Source: Somniosus microcephalus (taxonomy: Eukaryota). Taken from it: DNA of 64,000 nucleotides. Below the pieces are notes generated by a model. The model saw only the letters and a program-made list of their open reading frames with translations. It was not told the origin of the DNA and ran no database searches. The stretch is from contig CM126223.1 of assembly GCA_052327205.1 (NCBI GenBank), positions 43,090,001 through 43,154,000 of the forward strand, in the 5' to 3' direction. Both the position numbers and the translations under genes were made by a program. Positions 36,075-49,859 of the stretch are shown one piece after another. Each line of letters opens with the position of its first letter. The stretch's first letter is position 1.

Positions 36075-38214
36075 AAGCCAAATTAAGTGCTGCATGATTT
36101 TGCAATAGTTCTCATTTTGAAATAGCGTCTTCAAAATAAGAGTTCAAATCAGGTTCCGACTAAACCACCCAAGCAGACCACACCAGTGCACAGCAGTGTT
36201 TGTAAACATGTAGACTGCTTTCAAAGGACTGAAACAGATTGTGCAACCCTATTAAATTAAATATGTTGCAAACTTCAAGCCATAATCGACACTGTCCTGC
36301 TGAAATGTCAAATTTAACCAAGTCCCGCAAGCCATGACAAACTTTGTGCAAAATGGCAGATTTTTGTTCTATGAAAAATTCAGAAACTTGAAGCTGAAGC
36401 AAGTTTTCACTTGCACTTTTGATCTGGCTTCAAGTCTGATGCACCAGAATCGATTTGGGTTGAACCAAACCAATTGCAATTACTCACTCATCTATGCAGG
36501 AACTACTCCGACGAGGGTATTGCATTTTTAATCACTACATTATTCATACGGTCCTTCAATTGTTTTACCCATCTACAGCAAAAGATCATTAAATCTATGC
36601 CAATTTGAGGATACAGTATTTAAACTCAACACACTTTATACAAGTGTGGTCCACAAAAGGTTTGGTCATTGTTTGAAAACAACATTTTCCTCATTGTTGG
36701 AACCTTTGCTCTTGCTTAATTGGTAATTAAGTTTCCAGACGCACAATAAGTTGTTTGGCATTCAGCCCCACCTAATCCACACATTTGTTTTTGTTTTTTT
36801 AATTATACATATATAATTGAATACTGAAGATAATAGTGTAGAATTTATCAAAAAAATATTCGTACAAGCCAAATATTTAACAAATTTGTACTGTAAACTT
36901 GATTAAATACTTTTTTTGCAAATATGGTTGGTGAACAAGAAATAAATGTTACCATACTACGAATATCTATTTATATAAATTTAAAACACTGAGCATGTGC
37001 CCCTTCTTACTGACTCGGTTAGTCCGAGAGCCACATAACCATTAGTATCATCAGTCATGTATCTACCACAGACCAGTTCCTGCAAGACCACTCTGTAGCC
37101 AGCCTCCCCATCTCTCTCCCAATCCAATCCCACACAAGGCTGCAGCATTTCCTATCTGGAAGAAAATCAGAGGCTCATGTTGAACCAAAACAGTGTGGGC
37201 AGAGAGAGCACAGCTGAACTGGAGCAGGTGGAGTAATGCTGGTGCTAAGAGTCTCGCTGGGAGAAAGCTCCAAGGGTATTAAAGCCACTCTCACCAAACA
37301 TAAGTGCACTTACCCAGAGAATAAGTGTACAAAACACATGGGCTCAAGGTAAAGTCCATACCAGTACACGAGAATAAGTTAAAGTGGCTATTAAAGGCAT
37401 CACGTTTCTCGAACATAAACTGAAAAGCGAAAACTCTGAAAATAACCACCTCAATGAAGACACCTTCAAAGAAAGGCTAAACGTGGGATATGAATTACAC
37501 AACACAGAATTTTGAGAGGTCTTCGGTCAGTAGAAGACAGTCTGCTACACAGAGAGTCTAATCACATAACTATTAATTTCAGAGAGTTAAATAAGCTTTT
37601 ATTCAACAAAATCTAATTTTAAGGCTAGAAATTTGAGTCATTACTTAAGGTGAAGAGTTCCTTGCCTATCTGTGCATTCCATTGTCTATTAGTCAAAACA
37701 ACCCAATACAATTAAATCCAATTTGACTACAATTAAATACAATACAAACCTTAACTATATTCTCTACAGCGAAGGGGGGGAAGGAGGGAGAGCCTGACAG
37801 CATCTTGGGAAAGGGAAGCAAGTTGGCGTTCTAAGGATAGACCCTGGGGAAGGGGCATATGGGTCCTCGATATTGGAACGTTCATTTAACATACCCATGT
37901 TTCTAGCATTTTAGCTTTCATTTTAGACCTGCATCTGTAAGCTTTGTTTTTTTTTCACCCAATTTCCCTTATTCTGTTGTCTCTTTCCTTCAGTGGGCCC
38001 TCACAGTCTGAGCTATTTGTAAGTTATTTTGTTATTTTAATTTCTTTGACTTCTCGTGGCTCCACTCCTACCATTCACATTGTAGACATTACATCACCTC
38101 CAATGCTCCTCCTCCCATGCCCACCCCGTGTTGACATGATCCAGAAGCATGTAGTTAATCTCCACAAGTAAGCTGCCAGCACTCAGATCTACTGCCTCTC
38201 CAATAAGCCCAAGT

Positions 38215-38680
38215 CTTCATTTGCACAAAGGCCTGTATCCATCACACCTGGCCTTGTGAAGTTCCACTAACTCCCCGTGTCCCAGTGAATTAATCCTTGC
38301 CCTCACTTTCAATCCTCCCATGGCTTCAACCCACCCTATCAATCTCTTCCAGCCGTATGTCCCTTTCATTCCTCAGAGACTGGCTTACCCCTCATTCTCC
38401 TGCTCTACTGACAGTGGCTTACACCTCATGTTCCTGCTCCATTATCAGTGGTCACTCCTTCAGTCTCGAGGAACCTGCCCTCTGGAACTTCCTTCCTCAA
38501 CACCTCCACTTTGTAACCTCCCTTCCTGCTTTTGAAAAGCCCATAAAGACACTTCTCTTCAACCGTGCTTTCACTGCATCCCCAAGTCCCTCTCTTCCTA
38601 CGGCTCTGAATCCATTCATTTGTCCACAGCCATGTAAGGCGCTGAGAAATCATTCTGTATGTGAGGAGCAATATAGAACT
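38215..38680 (+). mobile_element. Old L2 3' fragment
   Basis: catcacacctggccttg..ctccccgt..ctctggaacttccttcct..tgtaaggcgct L2 tail motifs. Confidence 0.65.
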
Positions 38681-39599
38681 ATGATAGTAGGCTGTTGTTC
38701 AAGCATAGAACCCATTAAAATTGTCCACACATACATTTGTGTGCTTCAACTCCACCTACAGCATAGCAACAACTAAGACACTGCTGTCATCAGTCTAAAT
38801 ACCGACTGTGGCACTATTTCAATGCCATTGGAATTTTAAGTCTCAAGTCACACGAATAGAATTAACAGCCACTCAACATTATGTTTCATTTCCCTTGTGT
38901 AACAAACCTGAACAAACTGCAGCCCTTGTGTCATAGAAATTTCACACTCAAAAATGGTATATTACACAGATAACCAAGCGTCATTTTCTTATATTGCAAT
39001 GTGAATTGAATTTCATTCTTAGCAAAATCAATGGTACACTTCAGGAAGTACTATTACTTGCAGGGGCCCAATGTATATTCACTCACCTGCAGGTGCTATT
39101 CTTTCAGGCAGGCAGCAGTACAGGCATACCATAATCCAACCCGCACCGACAATACTCGTCCAAGATTTATTATGCTCACCATACTCAAAACAAAATGTCC
39201 TTCAAAACAAGCTTAATAAAGACACAGATCAGCCAACAACAGAAGATAATAAATCTAAAAAGTGTATTCAATTTATACAAATTAAATCTTTGTCACTTCG
39301 ACAGCAAAATGAAGCATTCCAACATGATGCCCAGAAGGTTACATGGAGAAAATCCGTCTGTTCAAAATACAGCTTCAAGAATTAAGAGGATAACAAGACA
39401 GGCCGATAATTAGATTGCACAAGCAATTTCTCTAATTGGCATATGATGTCAAAACCGACTTTAAAGGGACAAAAAAAGCCGCTAATCAAACTTGCACAAG
39501 AAGATACTCGTTTTGTCAGATTACATTGGCTGCTTGTAGACCTTGACTGTTTTATACATGTAACTGAGCATCTTTGCAAATTATTTAGAAACTTTAGAA

Positions 39600-40290
39600 T
39601 AGGGTGGCCATACATCCCCGTTATCCAGGGACAGTCCCCAGATGAGGTACTGTGTCCCTGGGAAAACAATGTCCCCGGTTCACGAAATTCACCCCCGAAT
39701 ACACCAACTTTTAATTTCTCGTGTTGGATTATGATGTACAACACACATACACTGTACCGTTCACCCTAACTTGATTACACATTTCTTTCTCGGGCGCCCC
39801 GTCAATTACGCCCACCGTGAATTCTGACTGGTTGGGAGGCCAGCCCTGAGGCGGGCTCAGTGGGTTAAGGGGCTGGTCTATTAGTTAGCGTCCACGTCAA
39901 TCGAGCGCAGAGGGGTGGGCTCGTGCCGCCAGCGAGTTCGGCTGCGCTCCCGACCCAGCCTCGCTCGACAACCCATCCCCCATTTTCTTTTCCCCTCCTC
40001 TTCCTTTGCTGTGGGATGCACCAGTTTGAATCGCAGGCAGCTGCAAGCCGATTAGTCGGAGGGCTTCTGATTTCGTCATCTCTTCCACCCGCCCACCCAC
40101 ACAATTCAAAATGGTCGCAATTCGGAAGCCGATTGGTTGCTCGGTCGGTGACGGTTACACCCAATGATTCCATTATATGACAAAATATATTTTGAAAACA
40201 ATGGTCGTCGACATGAGCACAGCGGAAACAAGAGAACAGGTGTCAGCAGTGTAGACAGTGGGTATGAAAAACTGATGCTCCTGCACCGTG

Positions 40291-40322
<32 letters not shown>

Positions 40323-40522
40323 CACTTCAATAGTGTGACGTCACGTCTGTGGTAATTATATGCACATGTTTTGTATTTGTAATATATATGCGCAATTTTT
40401 AAAATATAGGCCGCTAAAAAAATTTGCCTCGCTACGCTGCGCAACCTACGCTTCCCGTTGCACTTTGCTGTGCACCTACCCTATGTCTCCCTGGATTTGG
40501 TTTTGAAAATATGGTCACCCCA
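39600..40522. mobile_element. hAT (Blackjack-like) non-autonomous element, 923 bp
   Basis: TIRs TAGGGTGGCCATA / TATGGTCACCCCA, perfect 8-bp TSD CTTTAGAA, subterminal GTCCC repeats. Confidence 0.9.
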
Positions 40523-41030
40523 CTTTAGAACACTGCAGTATCACTCCTAGTATCTGCTTATCAATTTAAAGACCAATCCCCTGAAAAGACACATTTCTGC
40601 AGGAAATCTCAACTTTATAGGGCATTGTCTCCATGTGCTAATCTATTAACACTTCATCTGTCATTTATCCATATTGGTGAATTAGTGGTGCCCCCTAAAG
40701 TTGGACATTATCACAAAATTAAACTCTCAAAGTACAGGAATTCAAATGCAGCTAGATAAGAACCCAATTTGAATACAAGCACAAACAAACATGCTTTTGT
40801 CCTTGCCAAAAATAAATTCCATTTGATGTGGTGCGTTGGGGTAGGGGAGGAAAACCTACAGGTCAGTAAAGATGATTTTGAAGTCAAAAATCAAAAATTT
40901 ACAAACCCAAATCATGGAACAGGCTATAGCACTTTAACACTCCGATTTAAACAGAACCCGAGACATAATGCACTTGGTTTATGCTTTCATCCCAAATAGG
41001 GAAACCATATCAAACAACTGTTTCTGCAAC

Positions 41031-41161
41031 CAGCGTTCCCTGTAAAGTGCGCGGCTGCGCACTGCTGCAGGGAACCTGCACTGCTGGCATTTCAATGTAA
41101 AAACCGCGCATGTGCGGTATTTTGAATGGCGCAGAGCCAAAAAAAATTACAGGGCACATAG
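41031..41161. mobile_element. hAT-type MITE (131 bp), family of 8863 and 18639
   Basis: Degenerate TIRs CAGCGTTCCCTGTAA / TTACAGGGCACATAG; perfect 8-bp TSD TCTGCAAC. Confidence 0.88.
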
Positions 41162-43344
41162 TCTGCAACATGTCTCAATAGCATGCTTTTGGCCAGCACT
41201 TAAAACTACGGCAGGCACAGGATCAACAGAATTATCTAATATTTTTAGCCAGATAAAGTTGATTGTGAATTCACACATCCTTCTTGTATGCTATGGTCAA
41301 TAATATTTCAGACTTGTGTTCAACATGATAAAATTTCAAGACTTCATGGGCCATCTTCTCTCAACAATCAGTTCCTGTACAAGGACTTTGCCCCCATCAT
41401 CTGGAAGCTGCAGCTTTTCTACCCATTTTACAGTATTTGCAGTAACCTGTTTACTGGACTCACTGCAGTTGTGTGGGGCAATAAAACTTTTCAAAATAGC
41501 AGATATTACCACAGAGCAGCATTTACAGACTGAAGTAATCAAGGTATATTTTTACAATTACGTGATATATAGCACAAAACTCGATAAATATCAAGAGTAG
41601 GATATATATATAACTATATAATTAAGAGTCTTGTATCTACTGCGAATCACTCTCCTCAAAAGGCACCACAACCTCAAAAGGGCCATGTTTCTGTACTGCA
41701 GATGGTAGCTAGTGGGGACATGGGCATGGGGAAGGAAGAGAACTCTTAAGATTTTGTCCAGGACAATGAGAACAATAAAAAGAGCCGAGTAGAGTAGCAG
41801 CTACTGGCTTAGGCAAGGCAATTGAAGAGAAGTCAGCGGAGGGCTGTCTGGGATAATAGGATCAGGCTTGAGTAGGGAGCGAGAAACATGGTTCCAGCGG
41901 TGGACAAGGCTGTGGGAGGGGGGAGGGATTGTAAGTGAGAGGAGCAATAATGGAGGCACATGAATAGTGAAGTGAGGTGGTAAGGAGTTTAGGAGAGCAG
42001 AAAAGAACTAAAAAAAAAAATTTTAACTTCAAATTTAAAATGTTTTGAATGACCTTAACAAGTCTGGATGAATGAAACATCAGGAAACCTCAACATTGTA
42101 TGCGCTTCCAAATTGACACTTTCAGGACAGAGCCTGAAATGGCACACAAGCTCAAAGAGTTATTTTTTGGCATTAATTTTAAATATACTCTTCCGCAGCT
42201 ATTGTTTGTAGCTAATGTTATGTGGTATTTAAGCTTGAAATATCCCATTACAGCATTACCTTTAGGCAAAATGGGTACTGCAGTTTAATGTTGACATTTA
42301 TAATGGGTTCTCCCATAGATGGAGCCTGACATACAATTTTTCAAAGCATTTTGAAATGGAATGTTGCTACGGACTCAGCGATTTTAATAGATAATAGTCT
42401 TATGTATAGTGTGCACTTACTTCCTGTATTGTTCCCTGTCACACTTTATTTGTAACACCCTTATGATAAAACAGTGTCTTCTTTCCAACTGCAGGATTAG
42501 AGGTTTTGAGACCTGCTTTATGTTGGATAATGAGGTAGAAAACCAAGCTGAAAGGGAAAAGGAAAAACTAACCTGCCCATCATATGCTGGCTGCAAAATC
42601 CCATATTGCTGGCTGATCAATGCAATCAGTGAGAAGATTTGCAGCCTTAAGGAGCTCAGGTAGAAGAACTTTTGCAAGAAAAACATACTATTGGCTATTT
42701 TCTCCTTTACTATCTGCAGAAAACTTTTACTTGTAAGGTTTTTTAATGCATGGTATTACACTGCACAAAAAGTGCACACAAGCATTTTAAAGACTATTCT
42801 GTATCACGCAAAAACATACAACTTGGGATTACCCTGTGGGATACCAGTCAATGAACACCTAATTCACCTATCTGAAATTCTCTCTCCACTACTTTAGTGG
42901 AGGCATTTAGCTCTTGCGGAAACAGCAGAGAGGGGAACTTCAGATGAATGTGTTCTGCTTGCTAATATCCCATGGCATAATTTTGGGAAGTTATCTATTG
43001 AAGTACTTACTGAATTTTTTTTTTAACTCTTGCTCCTTCATCCAGTTACTCAAAGATATATAAAAATCAAACAATGACAATTTTTTATGATCTCTGATCG
43101 CCGCCAGGGAAATCATCAAACTGCATTATGAGGAAAGAATCAGAATGGCTTGGTCTGTGAGATGCACAGAAGCTTAGCAGCTGCCACAGACACTATAATC
43201 AATTTTATGAGAAACCTTCATATCAGCTGTCAGAACATATACTTCCAAGCTCAATAGTTATATTGTAGTACAAAACCTTCTACTGTTCATTTCATTCACC
43301 TCTTAGTGCCAGAGTTTATGCCACTCCATAGGGGGATGAAATCG

Positions 43345-44340
43345 GTGACAATATTTAACTGGAAGAAATTGTGGCTTATCTAAGACTGGATGTTGGACAA
43401 CTAGTCGGACAACACAGAAGCAGTGGAGGGATCGAGAAAAGTGATGGGGAGGTATAGCTGGGTTTTCGTCAGTGTACATATGGTTGATCACATGTCTGCA
43501 AATGATGCTGCCAAAGGGCAGCAGGTAGATGAGGAAGAGGAGAGGGCCAAGGATAGATCTTTAGGGAACTCCACAGTTAAGGTGTGGAGGGCAGGAAGAG
43601 AAGTCATTGCTGGAGATGCTCTGACTACAATCAGATAGGTGCTGTGGCAGGGAGGATACCCAACTGGAGATAGTCAAACAGGGAGTTGTGGGAAACATGG
43701 GAATGGATTCATGAGGTGACAACACGTTCAACGACTAGAGGAAAGGGAGGTTGGAGACGGGGTAGTAGTTAGCAAGGACAGAGATGTTGAAGGAGGGACA
43801 GTTTTGAAATGGAAGGGTATTGTACCCGAAAAGGAATTACTGTACTTACAATGTCAGCTTGCATGGGGGCCACAAAGAGAAATTGTGTGGTCAGCAGTTT
43901 AGTGCGAATGGAATCAAGGAAGCAGGAGGTGGGTTCAGTGGACAAGAGCAGCTCAGGGAGGGCATATGGGAGATAGGAGAAACTAAAGAAAGATGTGGTC
44001 TCAGGGTGAGCCAGTTTGACTTGATGGCCATGGGGAAGGGCAGAAAGCAGCACAGAATTGTCTCAATCTTAGTGAAGAAAAATTCATGAGCTCCTCGCAC
44101 TTGTTGGAGGCGAGGGTGGTGGCGGGTGAGAGGGATTTGAGGAGATGCTTAGTAGTGGAGAAAAAAAGCCAGGGGTTATCTTTCCTTTCCAGGCTGATCC
44201 TGGAGTAGTGAGAAGTTTTGGCAGAGGAGAGAGAGGCCCGATGGTGCTTGAAGTAGTCCAGCCAGATCTGGTGATGGATGGTTAAACTGTGTAACAGATA
44301 TGCTGAAGTCAGCATCCTTTGGAATTGATCTTCCATCAAG
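43345..44340 (-). mobile_element. L2 LINE ORF2 fragments
   Basis: Minus-strand remnants: HMYTDE, GVPxxSILGP-like, CFLDSIRTKLL, HYSRI...NP..FFST. Confidence 0.75.
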
Positions 44341-44730
44341 TGAGGGCAGGGTTATTGGGAAGAGGAGTCACACCTGGGCAGTTCCTCACACCTGATGGCA
44401 TTCACCAATAAGAGGCAATGATTGTAGTCTGGAAACAGGCTGCACCTCACAGCAGCAGAGGCTTAAAAGCCAGGCCTACAAGGAACCAGGTGATGTGCCA
44501 TGAGAAACGACATAAAAATAAATACAATAAATTATTTTTTCCCGTCAGATTAGAACTGTCATAATTCTCAATGTTGTCAAATTACTGGGTCATCTTTTTC
44601 TTATGCCACGTCAGATAGAGCAGCACAGCAGTTAGTGAAAATAGTAGCTATTGCAGTAAATCTACAAAAAGGTACAAAAAAACAAACTGTGTTTAGAAAA
44701 GCTAGGATGTGTTCAGCATTGTAATACATT

Positions 44731-44905
44731 CACAGATCACAGAAATCACAGATCACAGAAACCCCACAGTGCAGATAGAGGCCATTTCGGCCCATCGAGC
44801 CTGCACCGACACATATCCCACCCTATCCCCGTAACCCCACGTATTTAATCCCCCTAACACTAAGGGTCAATTTATCATAGCCAATCAACCTAACCTGCAC
44901 ATTCT
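44731..44905 (-). mobile_element. HE1-like SINE 3' half
   Basis: Minus strand tgtgcaggttaggttgattggcta...gatgggccgaaatggcctc with tctgtga tandem tail. Confidence 0.75.
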
Positions 44906-45364
44906 TGTGGTTCAGATTACTGAAAAAAAAGTCAAGCTTTGCTCTCGGTTTAAATTATCACTCCTTGCCATGAAAATATTCCCAGCCACAAGTTGCCAAT
45001 TTCGGTTCTCAAGTTTGGTGAAAATCCAAACTACAGCTTTTCCAACGTTTTCCAGGCAACAAACGAATGCGCAGATCAACAAACGGACGATCAATAGAGC
45101 TGCAACATAAATCTCCTTCAGCGGATTTTTAAAAATCAGTTTCACTTAATTACTGGAGTGCCTCAACTTTCTGCCATAATGGAAGTAAAACCCCTGGTGG
45201 ATAATAGAAATTGGCAGATAATTGAATATCCCACTAAGCCTGTGTTTAGACTGTAGCTACCCGTCTGAGAACTGTAGCTACAGTATCAATTCACAGCCTG
45301 CAGTATCCAATTTATAGTGTTCCGTTGCTTTGTCAGACAGGGGGATTCAAATACATAAATCCCT

Positions 45365-45850
45365 GAAATGTTCAAGTGCAGGCAGGTAGTCATAAAAAAA
45401 AGGCCAATAGCATTTTAGGTTTTCTAAATTTGTATGAGGGGCGTGAGATACTGAAGTATTTCCATTGCAGCAGTGAAGGGTTCTGATACAGTGAATAAGG
45501 AAGGACAATTTCCTCTGTTAGGAAAATTCAGTTACCCTCCATGACAAGCGAGGGGATTTTTTAATTAATTAATTAATTTATTTTTACAGAGCATTGTTGG
45601 AGCATGGAATGCTTTACCACAGGGAATGGTGGAGGCAAAGTTCATTGCACCTTAAGGAAAATTGGATAAATATTCGAAGCAGAGAAAGATACAGGACTAT
45701 AGTCAGAGAGTGAATTGGATAAATACTTGGAGAAAGAATTTGCAGGGCTATGAGGAAAGAGCAGGGGAGTGGGACTAATTGGATAGTTCTTTCAAAGAGC
45801 TGGCACGGGCATGATGGGCCGAATGGCCTCCTTCTGTATCGTTCTATAAT
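45365..45850 (+). mobile_element. CR1 3' fragments
   Basis: ttttacagagc..tggaatgcttta..ttggataaata; tail atgatgggccgaatggcctcc. A further CR1 tail lies at ~46270-46360. Confidence 0.75.
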
Positions 45851-47115
45851 TATGTTTAGAAATGATCAGTAATAGAATATGTTCGTAAGTGGCTCTACGA
45901 TTAACAATTAATCTTAGGAAGACTATTTCCTTGAAAAAATATTAGGTTCTATTAACTTTAATTGAGCAATATATGGCCATATTGAAACACTGCAAAATTC
46001 TGTTCTAGGGTCACAAAATGTACACTGAATCAGACATGACATAGCAGTTATATGCTTACTAACTATATTAAGAGATTAAGAGCAAAACTGACATTGCAAT
46101 AAATTGCACATTAGGAATTCTCTTACTATATCACAATGTTTCATATATATGGATTTGACTGCACAGGTAGAGACTTGCTAAAAATAAGAAAACAGATGAT
46201 CCTGTACAGTCTTAAATATTAAGAACTATTACAATACACATTGTTAATGGTTACTGATTCTTGGTGTACTGAATTTGGATGATCAGCCATGATCTCGTTG
46301 AATGGCGGAGCAGGCTCGAGGGGCCGAATGGCCTACTCCTGCTCCTATCTTCTATGTTTCTGTCTTTGTTTCCATAGCATCCTGACACAAAGCACGTACA
46401 GCAACTGAGAAATGGGCACTTCTTTTACAGATAACTTTTTTTGTCTGGATTACCGGCTCCGACAGCATCAGCCTGTTCACTAACAATCAGTGTTGGGAAT
46501 AACAGCTCCCTTCTGGGGCACAAAGAAAATACTAAAACATACATCGATGGTGGACCTTGCAGTAAAAATACATATGATAAACGCAAAGTTAAATAAATGG
46601 AAAATCGGCTGCATGCAGGCTGAAACAAAGGACCAATAAATAACATCTCGTTAAAGACCACACAGGAAAGAACAGATCACCATAGCAACTTGTAGAACTT
46701 GGCTCCAAATCAGCTGGAGACCCATTTAACTTGGCTATATGAAAGACACTGAAAGAAAACAAATGGGAGTGTCGAGCGCAATCCTGGGGTTATAATTGAA
46801 GAAGCAGTGTTAGCAAGCAACCGCCCCAGAAGTGTGGTTCAAAATTAATACTAAAAACCCCAACCACGTGAAGGTAGTGAGCTTTCGCACTGCTCTAGCT
46901 CACCATTCGACCTGAATGCAGGCTTACAGATTGCTTTTGGAACAGCTGACCAGACCACTAGAGAAAACCATGTGCTACACCATAACCCATGTCTAAGATG
47001 TTTAGAGGGCTTCAACAAGCCTGAGCCAACCATGAGTACGCAAACTTTTGTTAAGATACTTTTGTTTTCCAAAAGGGTATGAATTTTGGGAAGTCAGATG
47101 GTGTATTTCTTATTG

Positions 47116-47410
47116 GCCCAGATTTTCCTGGCAAAATAACAGACTAATGGCACTCGCCGTTATTTATGTGCAAATGGTACAGCGACTTCAGACGAGGGGC
47201 AGATGCGCAGTTGAAACCAAATATTCAAAAGTAAAATGCATTGAGTGGCGTGAAGTTTCTGTGTTTGTGTGGTAGATACGAACTAAACCCGCCACAGAAA
47301 GTTAAAATCTTGTCCATTTCAGTCTAAGTACCCTTTAACAATGTGATAAGTGTTAATTACTGACAAACAACCTCTTTGGCACTGAAAACTAACTATTACA
47401 AGTGTACACT
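47116..47410. mobile_element. Truncated Harbinger-type MITE end
   Basis: Begins GGCCCAGATTTTCC, the same TIR type as the 29926 and 60087 elements; no partner TIR seen. Confidence 0.5.
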
Positions 47411-48049
47411 CTAAATATATTGAGACTCAAAGCTTACAAGCATTAGAGTTGAAGCTTTGTAGCGAGATGAATGAAATACACAACCCCCCCCCCCCCCCTC
47501 CAACTCTGGTGACTGTGGCTAAAATTTCTGCAGACAATATGCATACTTTTTAAACTAAAAATCACATTGTAAGGAACACCATAGGTCGGATACTGCAAGG
47601 TAACTTGCATTGTTCAGATTCAGAACAGCATAGGAAACTTCTCTCAAAGATGTGATATATTGTTGTAAAATGCAAATAAAAATAAACGGCTCAAGTGTGG
47701 TATAGTGAAACAAGTGATGCTAAGCACTGAACACATTACTAGTTTTTTTAAAAATATATAATTAAGCTCAAAGTTTTCCACAGCTTTTCCCACTGGACCA
47801 TTTGTATCCTCTATTATCACTAATCTGCACCATTTAAGACTGAGATTTTCAGTATTTAATAATGATGGAAAATATTAAAATTTTAGATTTCTTTTATTTT
47901 GTGCTCACAAGCAGAGATGTCAATGATAGGAACTGAACATGTAGCATTCAGTGTTTGCATCAAGCTCTCCTAGGCTAGCTACAGCAAAGCCAGATGCCGA
48001 GTATATTCCGCTGCTCCACCCTGCCCCATCACTGTACCACTGGAATCGG

Positions 48050-48212
48050 TTTAAAACCTGTTCCATCTCTAACTTTTTCCAGCTTTGACGAAAGGTCATC
48101 GATCTGAAACGTTAACTGTTTCTCGCTCTCAAATGCTGCCTGACCTGCTGAGTATTTCCAGAATTTTCTGTTTTTATTTCAGATTTCCAGCATCTGCGGT
48201 ATTTTACTTTTG
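48050..48212 (+). mobile_element. Penelope terminal fragment with mutated hammerhead core
   Basis: TTGACGA-AAGGTCATCGATCT-GAAACGTTAACTG (C3 changed to T), followed by gctgcctgacctgctgagtatttccag. Confidence 0.8.
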
Positions 48213-48319
48213 TACCAGTGCAATCTTTCTACTTCTAACAGCCATCCTTTGTGCCTCTGAGAAAGATGGCAAATTTTACTCATTATTTAGTGATGTGACA
48301 AAAATGAAGCTCAATGGCG

Positions 48320-48772
48320 TGTCAGCCGTGGCTCAGTGGGTAGCACTTGCCTGTGAGTCAGAAGGTTGTGGGTTCAAGTCCCACTCCAGAGACTTGAGCA
48401 CAAAAGTCCCAGCTGACACTCCAGGACATTACTGAGGGAGTGCTGCACTGTCAGAGGTGCCATCCTTCAGATGAGACTTTAAATCGAGGCCCCGCCTGCT
48501 CTCAGGTGGACATAAAAGATGGCCCTATTTCGAAGAAGAGCAGGGGAGTTATCTCCGGTGTCCTGGCCATTATTTATCCCTCAATCAACATCACTAACAG
48601 ATTATTTGGTCATTATCACGTTGCTGTTTGTGGGAGCTTGCCGTGTGCAAATTGGCTGCCGTATTTTCTACATTACAACAGTGACTACACTACAAAAGTA
48701 CTTCATTGGCTGTAAAGCGCTTCAGGACATCCTGAGGTCGTGAAAGATGCTATTATAAATGCAAGTCTTTCT
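48320..48772 (+). mobile_element. Near full-length tRNA-derived Deu-SINE (SacSINE1-like)
   Basis: A box TGGCTCAGTGG, B box GGTTCAAGTCC, Deu core, L2-derived tail tgtaaagcgctt...taaatgcaagt. Confidence 0.9.
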
Positions 48773-49859
48773 TTTCTTATTATTAGATTACTGATTGGAT
48801 CCTTTCTTGCTGATCACAGCACACACAGAACTGAAGTCAGTTACTGATAGCTGTTTCTGCAGAGAACATACATTAGGATTATGGTCTGGTATGCCAAACC
48901 CATTAGTATGTGTTTGTTATTTTCTTCCTGTCGAACAAAAGGGGTTTAATTGCTAGTGTCAGCTGAATGCAGAGTCACTGGTGTCTTTCTGCCCAGTCAT
49001 GTTCCTGCCCAGTAATGTTCCCGATAGCTGGCTAGACAAAGTATTAATTTCCAATCACAAATCATTCGGAGGAAGTGGGACAAACATCCTCTATAACTGA
49101 CAACCTGTGAATGGCTGACCATCTAATATATTAATGGGAAACACAGTTGTTATTGTACTTTGTTCTAGTATGTCTTTAAAACATTTGGAAGGGTATACTC
49201 AAGGGCGGTTTATACCCAATCAGTAGTCAATCCGAGGCTGTCATGGGCATGACAAAGTCAGATTACAGGAGTAGGCAATAATGCTGAACAAAAGGAAATA
49301 TCTCGTGCAAAAACTCAAAAATGTGATAGTGAAGTCACCCCTTTCATTCGATTACATACTTTGCTCATCATTCAAGTCACTATTCAATGATAGGATGACA
49401 GCTATTTAGCAGTTTTGCAGCTTTTTTTTAAGTTACAAAAGTGGAAGTGGAAGTTTATTATTTATGGATATACCAGCTCATATGTGGTAGTTCCTACTGT
49501 AGCTTATTCAAAATAACTTGGTCACCAATGTATAAATAGTGGTTACAAGCATATCGAAGGACCTTTTATTGTTGTATAGATCAACAATAAATGGATAGCA
49601 CCTTAATGAATCGCCAATCTGTAAGCTTGGTGAAATTTTTTTTAAATACTATTTTTATTTCCGATTTCCATGATCTGCAGCATTGCGTATGTTCAACTGC
49701 TTTCTATGGTGTTTACAAGGTATTTCCAGTACAAAGATCCATGCTTTCATTTCCCCCACAGAAAATAGTCACACACAAAAAGTGTCTGTCGTTAAAGCAC
49801 ACTTTTCTGGAATGTAAATTGGTCCACAACAACCAAGAGATCACTAGTAATTGTTCCAT

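Noticed and set aside
39087-39200. Perfect minus-strand donor CAG|GTGAGT
   Set aside because: No convincing acceptor partner; such sites occur by chance in a 26-kb intron.
48320-48400. tRNA gene
   Set aside because: A and B boxes belong to a SINE head that continues into a Deu domain; no complete cloverleaf.
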